Positions 63,001 through 64,000 of a DNA stretch of 64,000 nt are shown here, one piece after another (position 1 is the stretch's first letter; each line of letters opens with the position of its first letter). The DNA is taken from contig JAPDFW010000044.1 in NCBI GenBank assembly GCA_028826165.1, positions 62,001 to 126,000 of the forward strand, read 5' to 3'. This DNA comes from Anaeramoeba ignava BMAN (taxonomy: Eukaryota > Protista > Anaeramoebae). The translations under genes were made by a program, and so were the position numbers. A model generated the notes under the pieces. The model was not told the origin of the DNA. It was given only the letters and a program-made list of their open reading frames with translations, and searched no databases.

Positions 63001-64000
63001 TGATTTATATTTAGAAAAAAAAAATTTAGAATTGAAATGTTATTAATTTTTAAATTTAAAAGGGTGTAAAATACAAGAAAATCTTTTTTTTTTAATTGTT
63101 AAAAAAAGCAAATATTTATTCTAATTCCTTTTTTTTTTAAAGTCTAAAAATTTACCTCTTCATGCAGTTTGTTCGGATAAAAAATGTCTTGTTGATTTTG
63201 CAGATATATTAATTAAATATGGAGCTGATATTGAAAAAAAAGATGTAAATTTTTTGAATTTTAATAAGAAAAAAAAGAAAAATTATTTGACAAAAACAAT
63301 TCATTTGATGATATTTTTAGCAAGTAAAAAAAAATATTATCATTTAATTAATTAATTTATTTATTGATATTTTTTTTGAAGTTGAGAAAAACACCGATCC
63401 AAATTTGTTGTTGGAGTTCAAAAATTTTTGAGTTAGTTCAGTTATTGATTTCGAAAGGTGCTCAAACAAATGTAGTCACTGTAAATTATTCATAATTTTT
63501 CTAAAAAAAAAAATAATTTACAACAAAATAATTTTCTCTTGCTTTCTTGTTAAAGGATGTAATTTCCCTTTTTTTTTAAAAAAATTATAATATTGAAATG
63601 AAAAAAATTTCTTTTCTTTTCTTTTCTTTGCTTTTTTTTAGAAAGGAGAAACATTATTACATCTTGTTTGTGTTTTTTTTTTGTGGATATTTTTCTATTA
63701 ATTTTTAATTTTTTTTATATTTTTTTAAATAGTTATTTTCTTCAACTGTAATTATTTTTTTTTCTTTTCAAATTTTTATTCTTGATTAACTGATTATTTT
63801 ATTTTAGATTGAAAACCCAAAAACTGTTGCTAAAATTGTGGGTTTTTTATTTGAAAAATTAATTCCAATTAATGGATTAAATGTTTGATCTCAAAAAAAA
63901 AAAATTATAATTTTTCTTTTTAGTTTAATAATAATAATAATAATAATAATATTTTATTTTTTAGCAAGTAATTCATTGGAATAATTTCTTGTTTTTATTT
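60038..64000 (+). CDS. Ankyrin-repeat protein (12 or more repeats, 3' end outside the window), extremely intron-rich, with single-codon microexons
   Basis: Main exons: 60038-60136, 60270-60365, 60586-60681, 60893-60988, 61206-61298, 61580-61675, 61953-62048, 62126-62239, 62317-62412, 62654-62755, 62913-62999, 63143-63244, 63382-63480, 63642-63671, 63733-63747, 63808-63882. All are multiples of 3, stop-free and bounded by GT/AG. They encode GLTPLHICC..LLKAGVDVN, KITPLHLAA..LIDNGANI, KATPLYYS..LLKFGADPN and similar. Confidence 0.93.
60196..63967 (+). other. Array of 3-nt (single-codon) microexons plus one 6-nt microexon
   Basis: AG|NNN|GT at 60196 AAT, 60434 GAT, 60498 ACT, 60761 AAT, 60822 TCA, 61058 CAA, 61123 TTT, 61368 TTT, 61438 ATT, (61503 GAA, tentative), 61760 AAA, 61832 AAA, 62563 AAT, 62842 GAT, 63063 GGT, 63321 CAA, 63556 GAT, 63965 CAA; 6-nt TTGCCT at 62497-62502. 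None is a stop codon. Confidence 0.85.

Noticed and set aside
1-64000. Alternative genetic code (stop reassignment), or prokaryotic/viral origin
   Set aside because: Conserved genes end at TAA/TGA, and apparent internal stops resolve as GT-AG introns or indels. Gene content is core eukaryotic.
1-64000. tRNA, rRNA, snRNA genes, inteins or transposons
   Set aside because: No GC-richer structured segment, intein motif or transposase/RT ORF was recognisable by eye. A covariance-model search would be needed to exclude small AT-rich ncRNAs.

Overview
Very AT-rich, gene-dense eukaryotic (protist) nuclear DNA using the standard genetic code. It has short GT-AG spliceosomal introns, several inflated to 0.3-2.2 kb by micro/minisatellites. 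Composition and gene style suggest an Anaeramoeba-like metamonad, but this is inference only. Most ORF-track entries such as poly-IL, KI, FN, DF and YI are satellite artefacts. Genes reconstructed by hand, in order: a 5'-truncated SARAF-like protein with two luminal domains; seven tandem 4-exon small membrane-protein paralogues; a LisH/CTLH/CRA protein; GAPVD1-like (RasGAP+VPS9); XRN2; a PX-BAR sorting nexin; a probably inactive rhomboid; cystinosin; a SepA/Cdc7/MAP3K-epsilon kinase; exportin-6; a frameshift-broken, degenerate RNF213-like giant; a PAS/coiled-coil protein; and an ankyrin-repeat gene (60038 to the window end) that the ORF track misses completely. The main finding is in that ankyrin gene. 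Each repeat sits on a phase-0 exon of about 96 nt, and the variable beta-hairpin residues (the 'xx' of D-x-x-G-x-TPLH) are encoded by at least 17 separate single-codon (3-nt) microexons, often in tandem pairs. This could be a combinatorial, splice-based way to diversify a binding surface. All gene models come from the DNA alone, with no transcript evidence.
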